Positions 56,370-64,000 of a stretch of 64,000 nt of DNA are shown here, piece after piece. Source of the stretch: Thermoplasmata archaeon (GTDB lineage Archaea > Thermoplasmatota > Thermoplasmata > Lutacidiplasmatales > UBA184); assembly GCA_035622275.1 (NCBI GenBank), contig DASPVQ010000020.1:2494-66493 (forward strand), read 5' to 3'. Position 1 is the first letter of the stretch. Every line of letters begins with the position of its first letter. The position numbers and the translations under genes are program-made. The notes below the pieces were generated by a model, which was not told the origin of the DNA, made no database searches, and worked only from the letters and a program-made list of their open reading frames with translations.

Positions 56370-57298
56370 GTGGCGGGCTCCGACTCGCGGACCAGCCGGA
56401 GGTAGACGTCCTCGAGCGACGCCGATACCTGGGTGAGCTCGATCAGGTTGCCCCCGGCCGCGACCACGGTCTGCGCGAGCACCGGGTTCTCCGAGTCCGG
56501 GTCCTGGACCGACAGGATCATCGTGTCGCCGTCCACCTCGAGAGCGCGGCCGGGGAATCGAGCGCGCACGGCCGCGAGGATCGCTTCGGACAGCGGCGCC
56601 ATGCGAACCTTCGTGCGGCCCCCCCAGATCTGGGACTTGAGCTCGGAAGGGGACCCCACGCTCAGGAGCTGCGTGCGCAGGATCCCGACACGGTCGCAGA
56701 TCCGCTCCGCCTCGTCCAGGTGGTGGGTGTTGAGGAAGATCGTGCGCCGCTCCTTCTTCAGTTCGAGGATGAAGTCGCGGACGGTCTTCGCGGCCTCCGG
56801 GTCGAGGTTCGCGGTGGGCTCATCGAGAAACAGGAGCCGGGGGTCGTGCACCAGGGCGCGGGCGATCGCCACCTTCTGCTTCATCCCCTTCGAGAAGGTC
56901 GCCACGGGGGCGTCTCGCCGCTCCCACAGCTCGAGCATCCGCAGCAGGCGCTCGATGTTCTCCCGCATCCGGCCCGGATCGACGCGGTAGAGTCGGGCGA
57001 AGTACGAGAGGTTCTCGTAGGCGCTCATGCCCTCGTAGAGGCCGACGTTCTCCGTCAGCAGACCGATCTGCGAGCGAAGTCGGAGTTCGTCGGCCGGATC
57101 CCCGAGGGAGCATCCGGCGACCTGGCCCGAGCCGCGGGTCTTCGAGATGAGGCTGGACAGCATCCGGACCGTGGTCGTCTTGCCCGCCCCGTTCGGTCCG
57201 AGAAAGCCAAAGACCTCCCCTTCGTGGATGTCGAGGTTCAGGTTCTCGACGGCCGTCACGCTCCCGAACTGCTTGGTGAGTCCTTCGGTGTGGATCAC
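56366..57298 (-). CDS. ABC transporter ATP-binding protein
   Basis: GPNGAGKTT, FSKGMKQK, LFLDEPT, NTH. Confidence 0.95.
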   Translation of the reverse strand: MIHTEGLTKQFGSVTAVENLNLDIHEGEVFGFLGPNGAGKTTTVRMLSSLISKTRGSGQVAGCSLGDPADELRLRSQIGLLTENVGLYEGMSAYENLSYFARLYRVDPGRMRENIERLLRMLELWERRDAPVATFSKGMKQKVAIARALVHDPRLLFLDEPTANLDPEAAKTVRDFILELKKERRTIFLNTHHLDEAERICDRVGILRTQLLSVGSPSELKSQIWGGRTKVRMAPLSEAILAAVRARFPGRALEVDGDTMILSVQDPDSENPVLAQTVVAAGGNLIELTQVSASLEDVYLRLVRESEPAT

Positions 57299-57522
57299 GA
57301 CGCCCGCCTCGAACGGTCGACTCCCCTGACCCCCTAAATCTCTTCGTGGCGCCGCCTTGCGCCCGGCCCCGGTACGACCACTGCGCCCGAGTCCTTACGG
57401 GGCAGGGCCGTTCGCCGGTCGATGTCGGAGAACCGTGCGTCGCGCCCCCCCGGGACGGCCGCAGGGTCAACTCCGATCTCCGCCGGGCACCTGAAGGGAG
57501 GAGGCGGGGAGGCCCGTCCTCG

Positions 57523-58164
57523 TCAACTCCGCGCCTTGACCGGGCCGGACGGCGTCGGCCGGCCGGGTCGCGGTGACATCGACGACGCGGGGGTTGACCC
57601 ACGACGTCCGGTTCGCCGGCCGAGTTTCTTCCTGCGAACGTCGCGCCTGCGAGGCACGTCTGCCAACGCCGCCGCTTCCGGGAGGGACGCCGCGTACTCG
57701 ATGAGCCGCATCCCACCCCAGTTCCGGTACCGGCCGGTGCGCCGGAAGCCCTGGCGCTCGTAGAATCGCATCGCGCGTCGGAGCGGCGGGGTGGTTTCGA
57801 GCGTGACGCGGTGACACCCCCGACGATGGGCGAAGCGCAGCGCGGCGCGCAAGAGACGGTTCGCCACCCCCGTCCCCTGCCGTTCGCGAGGGACCGCCAT
57901 GCCCCGGAGGCGGGCGTGGGACGCGGCGCTCAGGCGGACCGACACGGTGCCGAGAATCCGCGAGTGGGTGTCCGTCGCGACGAGCACGTGCTGAACCCTC
58001 AGGCGGCGGGCGAGGCGGCGCGCGTCCAGCACGGTGGCCGAGAACGCCACCGCGGTGTAGCGACGACGATAGGGCGCGAACGCATCGCGGAGGCAGGCGA
58101 GGATCGGGGCGACGTCGGATAACCGCGCGCCACGAATTCTGATGCGCCGCGCTTCTCGTGCCAT
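57523..58164 (-). CDS. GNAT family N-acetyltransferase
   Basis: LRGMAV...RQG.GVA..LL, LETT..L..A.RFYE..GF. Confidence 0.85.
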   Translation of the reverse strand: MAREARRIRIRGARLSDVAPILACLRDAFAPYRRRYTAVAFSATVLDARRLARRLRVQHVLVATDTHSRILGTVSVRLSAASHARLRGMAVPRERQGTGVANRLLRAALRFAHRRGCHRVTLETTPPLRRAMRFYERQGFRRTGRYRNWGGMRLIEYAASLPEAAALADVPRRRDVRRKKLGRRTGRRGSTPASSMSPRPGRPTPSGPVKARS

Positions 58165-58379
58165 GCCAGCTCCGACACGCGTCCACCGGCGATATGGATG
58201 TCCCCTGCCCCGACGCCGACCCGGTCGGGGGGTTCACCCCCTTCGGGCGAGCCAACGCAACGCGGCCGACATGCATCGACCCGACGACCGGAAGCCTGCG
58301 CGATTCGCGCGAACCCGAGACCGCCGGCGGTCAAACTCATTATCTCAAGGTCCTGCGAGGTCATCCGCGGAGAATCGGC

Positions 58380-59075
58380 ATGGATCCCAAGCGGTCGAAG
58401 CACCGGCCGAGTGTGCGTACCGGTCTCTCTCGGACCGAGCGCGCGGCCTGGGCCCAGACCTACGCGCGGACCCGCTACTCGAGGCTGCCCTGGTTCTCCG
58501 TCCGGCCATCGCCGCTGCTCGTTCGCGCCGTCCGGGAGCGCTGGCTCACGACCTCGCGCCGCGTGCTCGACGTCGGTTGCGGTGCTGGAACGAACGTGCT
58601 GTGGTTGGCGCAGCGGGGATTTCGGGCGTTCGGGGTCGACATCGCCCCGGGGGCGATCGCCGCGGCCCGCTCGCGGGGTGAGGCCGCCGGTGTGCGGGCG
58701 AGTTTCCAGGTCGGGGAGGCGACCCGCCTACCGTTCCCTCGTGCGCACTTCGGAGCGACGATCGACTTCGGCTGCTTCCACTCCCTTCCGCTCCGTCTTC
58801 GGGCGCGCTACGCAGCGGAAATCGCGCGCGTCCTGCGTCCGGGCGGCACGTTCGTGCTGGCGTGGATCGGGAGAGAGGAGACCCGATCGTACGGGCCACC
58901 CCATCGTCCCTCGCTGAACGAGGTGACGCGCGTCTTCGAGCCTCGGTTCGTCTTTTCGTCCGTCCAGCACCACCCACCGGAGGCGCAGGGCGCCTGGAGG
59001 ACGCCGGGGGGTTCCCTCGCGCTCTATGCGGCTCGTCTCGTGCGGCGAACGGCTCCGCAGCCGCGCCCCCGGTGA
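58380..59075 (+). CDS. Class I SAM methyltransferase (paralogue of 27245-27949)
   Basis: LPWF, VLDVGCGAGTN, DFGCFH.LP, LRPGG, WIGREE..SYGPPHR. Confidence 0.88.
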   Translation: MDPKRSKHRPSVRTGLSRTERAAWAQTYARTRYSRLPWFSVRPSPLLVRAVRERWLTTSRRVLDVGCGAGTNVLWLAQRGFRAFGVDIAPGAIAAARSRGEAAGVRASFQVGEATRLPFPRAHFGATIDFGCFHSLPLRLRARYAAEIARVLRPGGTFVLAWIGREETRSYGPPHRPSLNEVTRVFEPRFVFSSVQHHPPEAQGAWRTPGGSLALYAARLVRRTAPQPRPR

Positions 59076-59160
59076 CCGCTGCGACCCCCTCCTCGCGGTC
59101 CGCCATCGCCCCGCGCGAAGGCCCGGCGCTCGCCGCGGCGGCGCCCGATCCCGGCTCGCT

Positions 59161-59691
59161 TCAGGATCGGTCCGGTCGGATCCGGCGCGACTGCTGCGCG
59201 GTGCTCACGCTCAGCGCAACGATCAGGACGCCGGACCACGACGCGGCCGGGACCTGGAGCTGCACGTGCAGCGTCTGATTCGCTCCGGCCCCGACCGTGA
59301 TCGGCGCGTTTGACGAGGTCACCAGAAAGCCGCTGCTCGCCGTGGGGCTCGAGAAGGTGCAGGTGCCGTACGCGGCCTGGTTCACGAGCCCGTCGGTGAC
59401 GTTGATGGAGCTCCCGAGCGGCGCGTCGGTGCCCGCCGCGATCGACAGCGTCGGGTCACCCGAGCAGAGCGACCCGGTCAGGTCCCACTCGATGGAGTTG
59501 ATGACCACGCGATCGGGCCCCGTCCCGGGGCTCGAGGCCGGGGCGGCTGGGCTGAACACCCCGATCGCATAGAGGAAGCTCACGACCACCAGCACGGCCA
59601 CGACGGCCACGATGACGCCCAGGACGGGGCGCGGACGATCGGACGGCGCGCGGCTCGACCTCAGGACGGTCGCATCAGACTCCTCGGGCAT
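59161..59691 (-). CDS. Membrane-anchored extracellular protein
   Basis: N-terminal TM helix followed by a Ser/Thr-rich beta-strand domain with two Cys. Confidence 0.65.
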   Translation of the reverse strand: MPEESDATVLRSSRAPSDRPRPVLGVIVAVVAVLVVVSFLYAIGVFSPAAPASSPGTGPDRVVINSIEWDLTGSLCSGDPTLSIAAGTDAPLGSSINVTDGLVNQAAYGTCTFSSPTASSGFLVTSSNAPITVGAGANQTLHVQLQVPAASWSGVLIVALSVSTAQQSRRIRPDRS

Positions 59692-59861
59692 CCGGGCTCG
59701 GGCCCCCGAGGCGAGGGTCCGTATTAGGGTCAGGGCCTCCCCGGAGTCGATGCTGTGGTGCCCGACCGTCGGCCATCGTACGCGACGCCCTCGCACGCTC
59801 CGCCACGGGGGCCCGCTGTTTTCGCAAGTTACAAATATCGTGGCTTGAGAATTCATTCCTC

Positions 59862-60581
59862 ATGGCGCAAGTCCTCACGGACCCCGCGAGTCTCCCGGTC
59901 GGATGCCACGCGCTCGGCATCTACTCCGACGCGAGCGAGCAGGAGAGCCATGCGGTCCGATTCCTCTCGGGAGCCCCGGCCGGAACCCCGGCCGTCTACT
60001 TCGTCCACGACCCGAAGATCGCCGAGCAGTACAACGCACGCCTGGCCCACGACGTCCCCGACCGTGCCGGCAGCGTGGTGTCCCTGGGTCACGAGCAGGT
60101 CGAGCCCGACCACGGTAAGCTGCGTCCCGCCAAGGAGGTTCGCGAGTACATTTCCCATCACCCGCAAGGGATGACGGCGGGCGGGGACACGCTATCGATG
60201 TACCTCGCTCCGGACACGGCCGACGCCCACCTCGAGTACGAGAGCTGGTTCGATGACCAGCCCCGCGACGCCTCTCGATTCATCTGTCCGTACGATATCC
60301 GGAGCATCCCGATCGACGCGGCGCCCGAGATCCTGAGCGACCTCGGCCGTCACCACTCCCACGTGGTCCTGTCGTCCTCGCCGGAGCCGGCCGTGCGGCT
60401 GCTCCAGCTGTTCATCTTTGGGACCCGGGCCGACGTGCCGGACCGGCTCGGAGCGGACCTGCGGTGGGCGCAGGAGAAAGAGTACCTCCGGCCGGCGGGT
60501 GCTCGCGATTCGCTCGAGCTCACCGACGCCGGACGCGAGATCGTCCGCGAGTGGTCGGATCGGACCACCGTCGACTGGTAG
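59862..60581 (+). CDS. MEDS domain-containing sensor protein
   Basis: GCHALGIY, FL.G, LEYESW, FICPYD, H.HV; C-terminal L.LT..GR segment. Confidence 0.75.
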   Translation: MAQVLTDPASLPVGCHALGIYSDASEQESHAVRFLSGAPAGTPAVYFVHDPKIAEQYNARLAHDVPDRAGSVVSLGHEQVEPDHGKLRPAKEVREYISHHPQGMTAGGDTLSMYLAPDTADAHLEYESWFDDQPRDASRFICPYDIRSIPIDAAPEILSDLGRHHSHVVLSSSPEPAVRLLQLFIFGTRADVPDRLGADLRWAQEKEYLRPAGARDSLELTDAGREIVREWSDRTTVDW

Positions 60582-60969
60582 CCCGGCGAGCCTCGAGCCG
60601 TCCGGTCGGTGGGCCGCCAGCGCGGCCGCGCCCGAGCCTCCGGCGGGGACTCCCGACGTGGCGATCGAACCGCACTCGCCCGTTCCGAAACTCGACTCCT
60701 TCCAGCCGCAGGCGAAGACGCTGCTCCGTGCCGTCGACGCCCGATAGCGCGATCCTTCCTCCCGCCGCGACGACCCGGTGCCACGGCAGGCCGTCGAACC
60801 GGTGGAGCGCCCAGACCGTCAGGCGAGCCCCGCCGGGGAACCCGGCGGCTGCGGCGGCTTGCCCATAGGTGATGACACGCCCGCGGGGGACGGAGGCGAT
60901 CACGGACGCGATCCGTGCCAGTGCCGCGGCTCGACGCGCCGGCTCGTGACGCGGACGTCGGGCCACCAC
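60520..60969 (-). CDS. atl: Alkyltransferase-like protein (O6-alkylguanine binding)
   Basis: VPRGRV.TYGQ.A..AG.P..AR, LPWHRVV (Trp in place of the catalytic Cys), Q..RL..EGV. Confidence 0.85.
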   Translation of the reverse strand: MVARRPRHEPARRAAALARIASVIASVPRGRVITYGQAAAAAGFPGGARLTVWALHRFDGLPWHRVVAAGGRIALSGVDGTEQRLRLRLEGVEFRNGRVRFDRHVGSPRRRLGRGRAGGPPTGRLEARRATSRRWSDPTTRGRSRVRRR

Positions 60970-61128
60970 GGGCGCACCTCGGCCTCACCGAGGGGTCGCG
61001 GGGATTAAAGGACCGGAAGCCGATCGATCGCATCGCGCCGCCCGCGTCGGGCCGATCCGGGCGGATCGAGGAAGGAGCTGGCCGTCAAGGCCCCGGTCGC
61101 GCCGCCACTCGGTGTCGGTAGGGAGCCG

Positions 61129-62205
61129 TCAGGTGCAGCCCAGCTCGGTCGAAGCGGCCGCGCCCTCGATCACGTGGATGCAGTACTGTTCGATCGTCCA
61201 GTCGTAGCTGAAGTCGGCGTTTCCCAGGGCGCCGTCCTCCGAGCCGAGGTTGGCCTCGTCCCAGTGGAACGCACCGAAACCGTCCGTCGGCCCGGTCCAG
61301 CAGGAGGTGCCGGGCATCAGGGACTCGACCTCGGAGAGCACCGCGCTCAGGTTGACCCCGAGCTCCCCCGCGGCGAGCCCGTGCGTCGCCTGGCCCCCGT
61401 AGGAGAAGTCGAAGCTGATGTTCGCGTTGGAGCTGTTGTCCGCGCCGTGGCAGTAGTATCCGACGTCCCACGGCTCGAGCGCCAGCGTCGAGTTCACGAG
61501 GGTGGGGGTCTCCCAGTGGATCCACTGGAACGGGTAGCTGATGTTGTGGGCAAGGAACAGCTCGACCTCCACGAACGGACCGACCTCGAAGACCGGCGGC
61601 AGGCTCTCGGTGAGGAACTCGTCGAGCGATAGGTCGTAGCCGTCGACGTCGGCGGTCGCGGGAGCGGAGAAGGAGTAGTGCGTCGTGAACCAGACGTTTT
61701 CGCCCGTAACCGCGCCCACGGTCTGCGGCAGTTCCCAGCTCGAGCTCTGGTTCGTGTAGGTCGAATCGGCGCCCAGCCAGGCGTTCACGCCGTAGGTGAT
61801 CTGGGGATAGGAGAACCAGCCCCCCGCGGATCCGACGTGGCTCCAGTTCGCGTAGGCGTACATCTCTCCCGATTCCGCGCCGTAGCACATCCCGACGTGC
61901 CCGATCGTTCCGCTCGGGACGTTGTAGGTATTGGCCTGGAGCACGCCTTCCTGGAGGGGAAGCGTCGGACGCGGGACGCCCGGGGTCCCGGTGATGCACG
62001 CGGACTGGGTCCCCGGCGACGGCAGTAGCGGGATCTCGCCGTTCGGAGTGGGGACACCGGTGCCCCGGTTCGCGGGCTTACCGGCGGGGAGCAGAACGGC
62101 GACCGCGACGATGACCAGGACGGCGGTGGCCACGGCCGCCGCGGCGATCCGCCACCGAGCTCGGAGCGGCCGGGGGATCCCGCCGGACTCGGAGGTCCCG
62201 GTCAT
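61129..62205 (-). CDS. Membrane-anchored glycoside hydrolase family 12-like protein
   Basis: N-terminal TM; YPQITYG..AW, LP..V, YDLSLDEFL, VEVELFL, NLGSE. Confidence 0.65.
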   Translation of the reverse strand: MTGTSESGGIPRPLRARWRIAAAAVATAVLVIVAVAVLLPAGKPANRGTGVPTPNGEIPLLPSPGTQSACITGTPGVPRPTLPLQEGVLQANTYNVPSGTIGHVGMCYGAESGEMYAYANWSHVGSAGGWFSYPQITYGVNAWLGADSTYTNQSSSWELPQTVGAVTGENVWFTTHYSFSAPATADVDGYDLSLDEFLTESLPPVFEVGPFVEVELFLAHNISYPFQWIHWETPTLVNSTLALEPWDVGYYCHGADNSSNANISFDFSYGGQATHGLAAGELGVNLSAVLSEVESLMPGTSCWTGPTDGFGAFHWDEANLGSEDGALGNADFSYDWTIEQYCIHVIEGAAASTELGCT

Positions 62206-62407
62206 GGACGAACGAGCGGTGTCGCCGGGTCTTGATGGTTGTGACCCGCGAGGGACGATCCACCGAGTGCGAGGCGCAGGGGAGTTCACGGTCGGCCCCG
62301 CTCGTCGTGCGCTGGGCCCTTAGGGTCTATGGCCGGACGGAGGCGCGCGCCCGCGGAGCGCAAACGGTCAACTACTCGCGCCCGCTGTCGGACCGTTGAG
62401 GTCCTCC

Positions 62408-62638
62408 ATGAAGTGCGAGGGATGTGGAGCGGAGCTAGCGGCCGGCGCGAAGACGTGCGCGGCGTGCGGTCGACCGACCTCGTTCGGTCAACGGGCCGAG
62501 GCGGAGACCGAGCACGTGGCGGAGAAGACCGGCGAGGTCGCGGGCAAGGTAGGTCGAGGCATCGTCGGCGGAGTGAAGGGGCTCGCCTCCGGGGCCAAGA
62601 AGGGCTTCAAGGGATCGGAAGAGGAGAAGAAGCCGTAG
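62408..62638 (+). CDS. Small zinc-ribbon protein with amphipathic tail
   Basis: MKCEGCG...CAACG then a G/K/A-rich helix; GAGGT upstream. Confidence 0.72.
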   Translation: MKCEGCGAELAAGAKTCAACGRPTSFGQRAEAETEHVAEKTGEVAGKVGRGIVGGVKGLASGAKKGFKGSEEEKKP

Positions 62639-62797
62639 CGCGGCGTCGTGGTCGCTCCGGCCACCTCGGGGCCGCCAGGCCCTGGCATCGCGGCGCGCGC
62701 CCTCCCGGGCCGGCCCGCCGTGGCGCTTGCACCGGAGCCGGCCGCATTGGGGGGCGGTGTCCGACCCTCCGGCCCCGGGTCCTCGTCGGAACGCGGC

Positions 62798-63229
62798 CTA
62801 GGCGGGAATGAACGTCAGGATCCAGATCAATAGGATCAGCGCGATCAGGAACGTGGCGGAGTTACGCCACTGGGCCGCGCGCACGACGCGAGACTGTCCA
62901 TCCGACAGCTCCCCGGCCGGCATACCGATGACATAGCGCAGCCTGATCCCCGCACCGGTGGCCACGGCAGCCAGGCCGAGCGTCCAGAGGATCCGTGTGA
63001 CGAGCACCGCGTCGTACAGGATACCGACGTTCGGGGTCGTGGACGGGTTCAGCCCGATGACACCGACGAGCGTGCCCACGAAGACCAGCAGGAGACCGAG
63101 CGCCTTGGCGCCGAAGGCGAGCATCGACCAGTCGAGCGGTCTCGGCGACGCGCGGGTCGTCGGCGGGAGGGAGGCCCAGCCCGGCGGTGGGGGCGGTGGG
63201 GTCGAGGTCGTCGGTTGCGCAGCGGACAC
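62798..63229 (-). CDS. Hypothetical 3-TM membrane protein
   Basis: Pro-rich N-terminus and three hydrophobic helices; AT-rich TTTTAA box about 25 nt upstream on the minus strand. Confidence 0.7.
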   Translation of the reverse strand: MSAAQPTTSTPPPPPPGWASLPPTTRASPRPLDWSMLAFGAKALGLLLVFVGTLVGVIGLNPSTTPNVGILYDAVLVTRILWTLGLAAVATGAGIRLRYVIGMPAGELSDGQSRVVRAAQWRNSATFLIALILLIWILTFIPA

Positions 63230-63409
63230 GAGGGAGCCTCAGCCCGAGGCCGTTAAAACCGTTACAACCCGGTCGTGGCAGGGTCGAACTGGCTCGCCGG
63301 ACCGCCGCCCGGCTGCGCCGCAGGGTCCGGCCGGAGACGCCATCGCGTTCCGCGAGAGCACGGCGCAAAGCGGGATGTAGCGCGCGGGGCTCGGCGCGTC
63401 GGGGTCGCG

Positions 63410-63850
63410 ATGGTCTACATCGAGGACACGGGATCGCTGATCGACGCGCCGATCGACTTCATCTGGGAGTACCTCGGTTCGGAAGGGCACGGGGCGGCGC
63501 ACTCCGGCAGCGCACGGAACTTCCGGGTGCGCGAGACGATCGGCTCGACCGCCGTCGTTGTCGCCGAACGGCGGCTACACGGCCGCTGGTCGACGTTCGT
63601 GAGCCGGTCGACGGACTTCCCTCCCTTCTGTGTCTGCAACGAGGAGATCGAGGGGGACTTTGCCGGAACGAAGTTCGTCCTGCTGTACCGGCCCGAAGGC
63701 AACGTGACCCGCGTCGACGTGTTCGGGGACGTCCGGTCCAGCGTCTTCGACGGCGCCGAGGCGAAGCGTATCTTCCTCGGCTTCCTGCAGTCAGCCTACG
63801 AGGACGACACCCGCGCCATCCGGGACCTGAGGGCCCGCCGAGCGAAGTAG
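63410..63850 (+). CDS. SRPBCC-like protein (paralogue of 49730-50191)
   Basis: MVYIEDTGSLIDAPIDFIWEYL vs MVYVKDEGSLFDAPIDFVWKYI. Confidence 0.78.
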   Translation: MVYIEDTGSLIDAPIDFIWEYLGSEGHGAAHSGSARNFRVRETIGSTAVVVAERRLHGRWSTFVSRSTDFPPFCVCNEEIEGDFAGTKFVLLYRPEGNVTRVDVFGDVRSSVFDGAEAKRIFLGFLQSAYEDDTRAIRDLRARRAK

Positions 63851-64000
63851 GCGGGAGGCGCCCCCCTGCGGGAGCCGACCCCGACCCCCGGACGCATGCC
63901 GGTCGAAGGGAAGGCGTCCCGAGCAGGGTCTCCGTTGGGAATGCTTGATAGGTCGGCGCGGCTGACCCGCGCGAGCGGCGATGCGCGATCCGTGGGCGCG

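Noticed and set aside
60520..60581. 62-bp tail-to-tail overlap of the MEDS and atl genes
   Set aside because: Explained by a low-complexity Arg-rich run-on tail, common among genes in this window

Overview
A very GC-rich, gene-dense accessory region of an archaeal chromosome, most likely Thermoplasmata. An acidic-soil lineage such as UBA184/'Lutacidiplasmatales' is my inference, not a search result. Evidence for an archaeal origin: a thermopsin (peptidase A5), a surface protein built from 'VTFxETGLPxGTxWxV' repeats, an archaeal PHP phosphatase, a Bat-like HTH-10 regulator, and many genes with a TATA-like box about 25 nt before an ATG/GTG start. I saw no rRNA, tRNA, CRISPR array, transposase or integrase. 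Two themes dominate. (1) Cyclic-nucleotide signalling: five class III nucleotide cyclase genes, comprising three cyclase-TolB-like-TPR paralogues, one cyclase-STAND ATPase-TPR, and an unusual ferritin-like/Cys-cluster/PDZ/cyclase fusion. The window also has a MEDS protein, a possible degenerate RecA-fold protein and a dual-specificity phosphatase. (2) A paralogue-rich detoxification and alkylation-repair toolkit: Tag, YcaQ-like and Atl proteins, a GyrI-like protein, 5 VOC, 6 SRPBCC, 2 DinB, 2 RibD/DHFR-like, 2 GNAT, 4 methyltransferases and a beta-lactamase-like hydrolase. The best candidate for a new system is the putative metal/redox-sensing cyclase fusion (37459-38895) within this cyclase expansion. 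All product calls come from motif recognition by eye, and many start codons were re-chosen relative to the ORF track.
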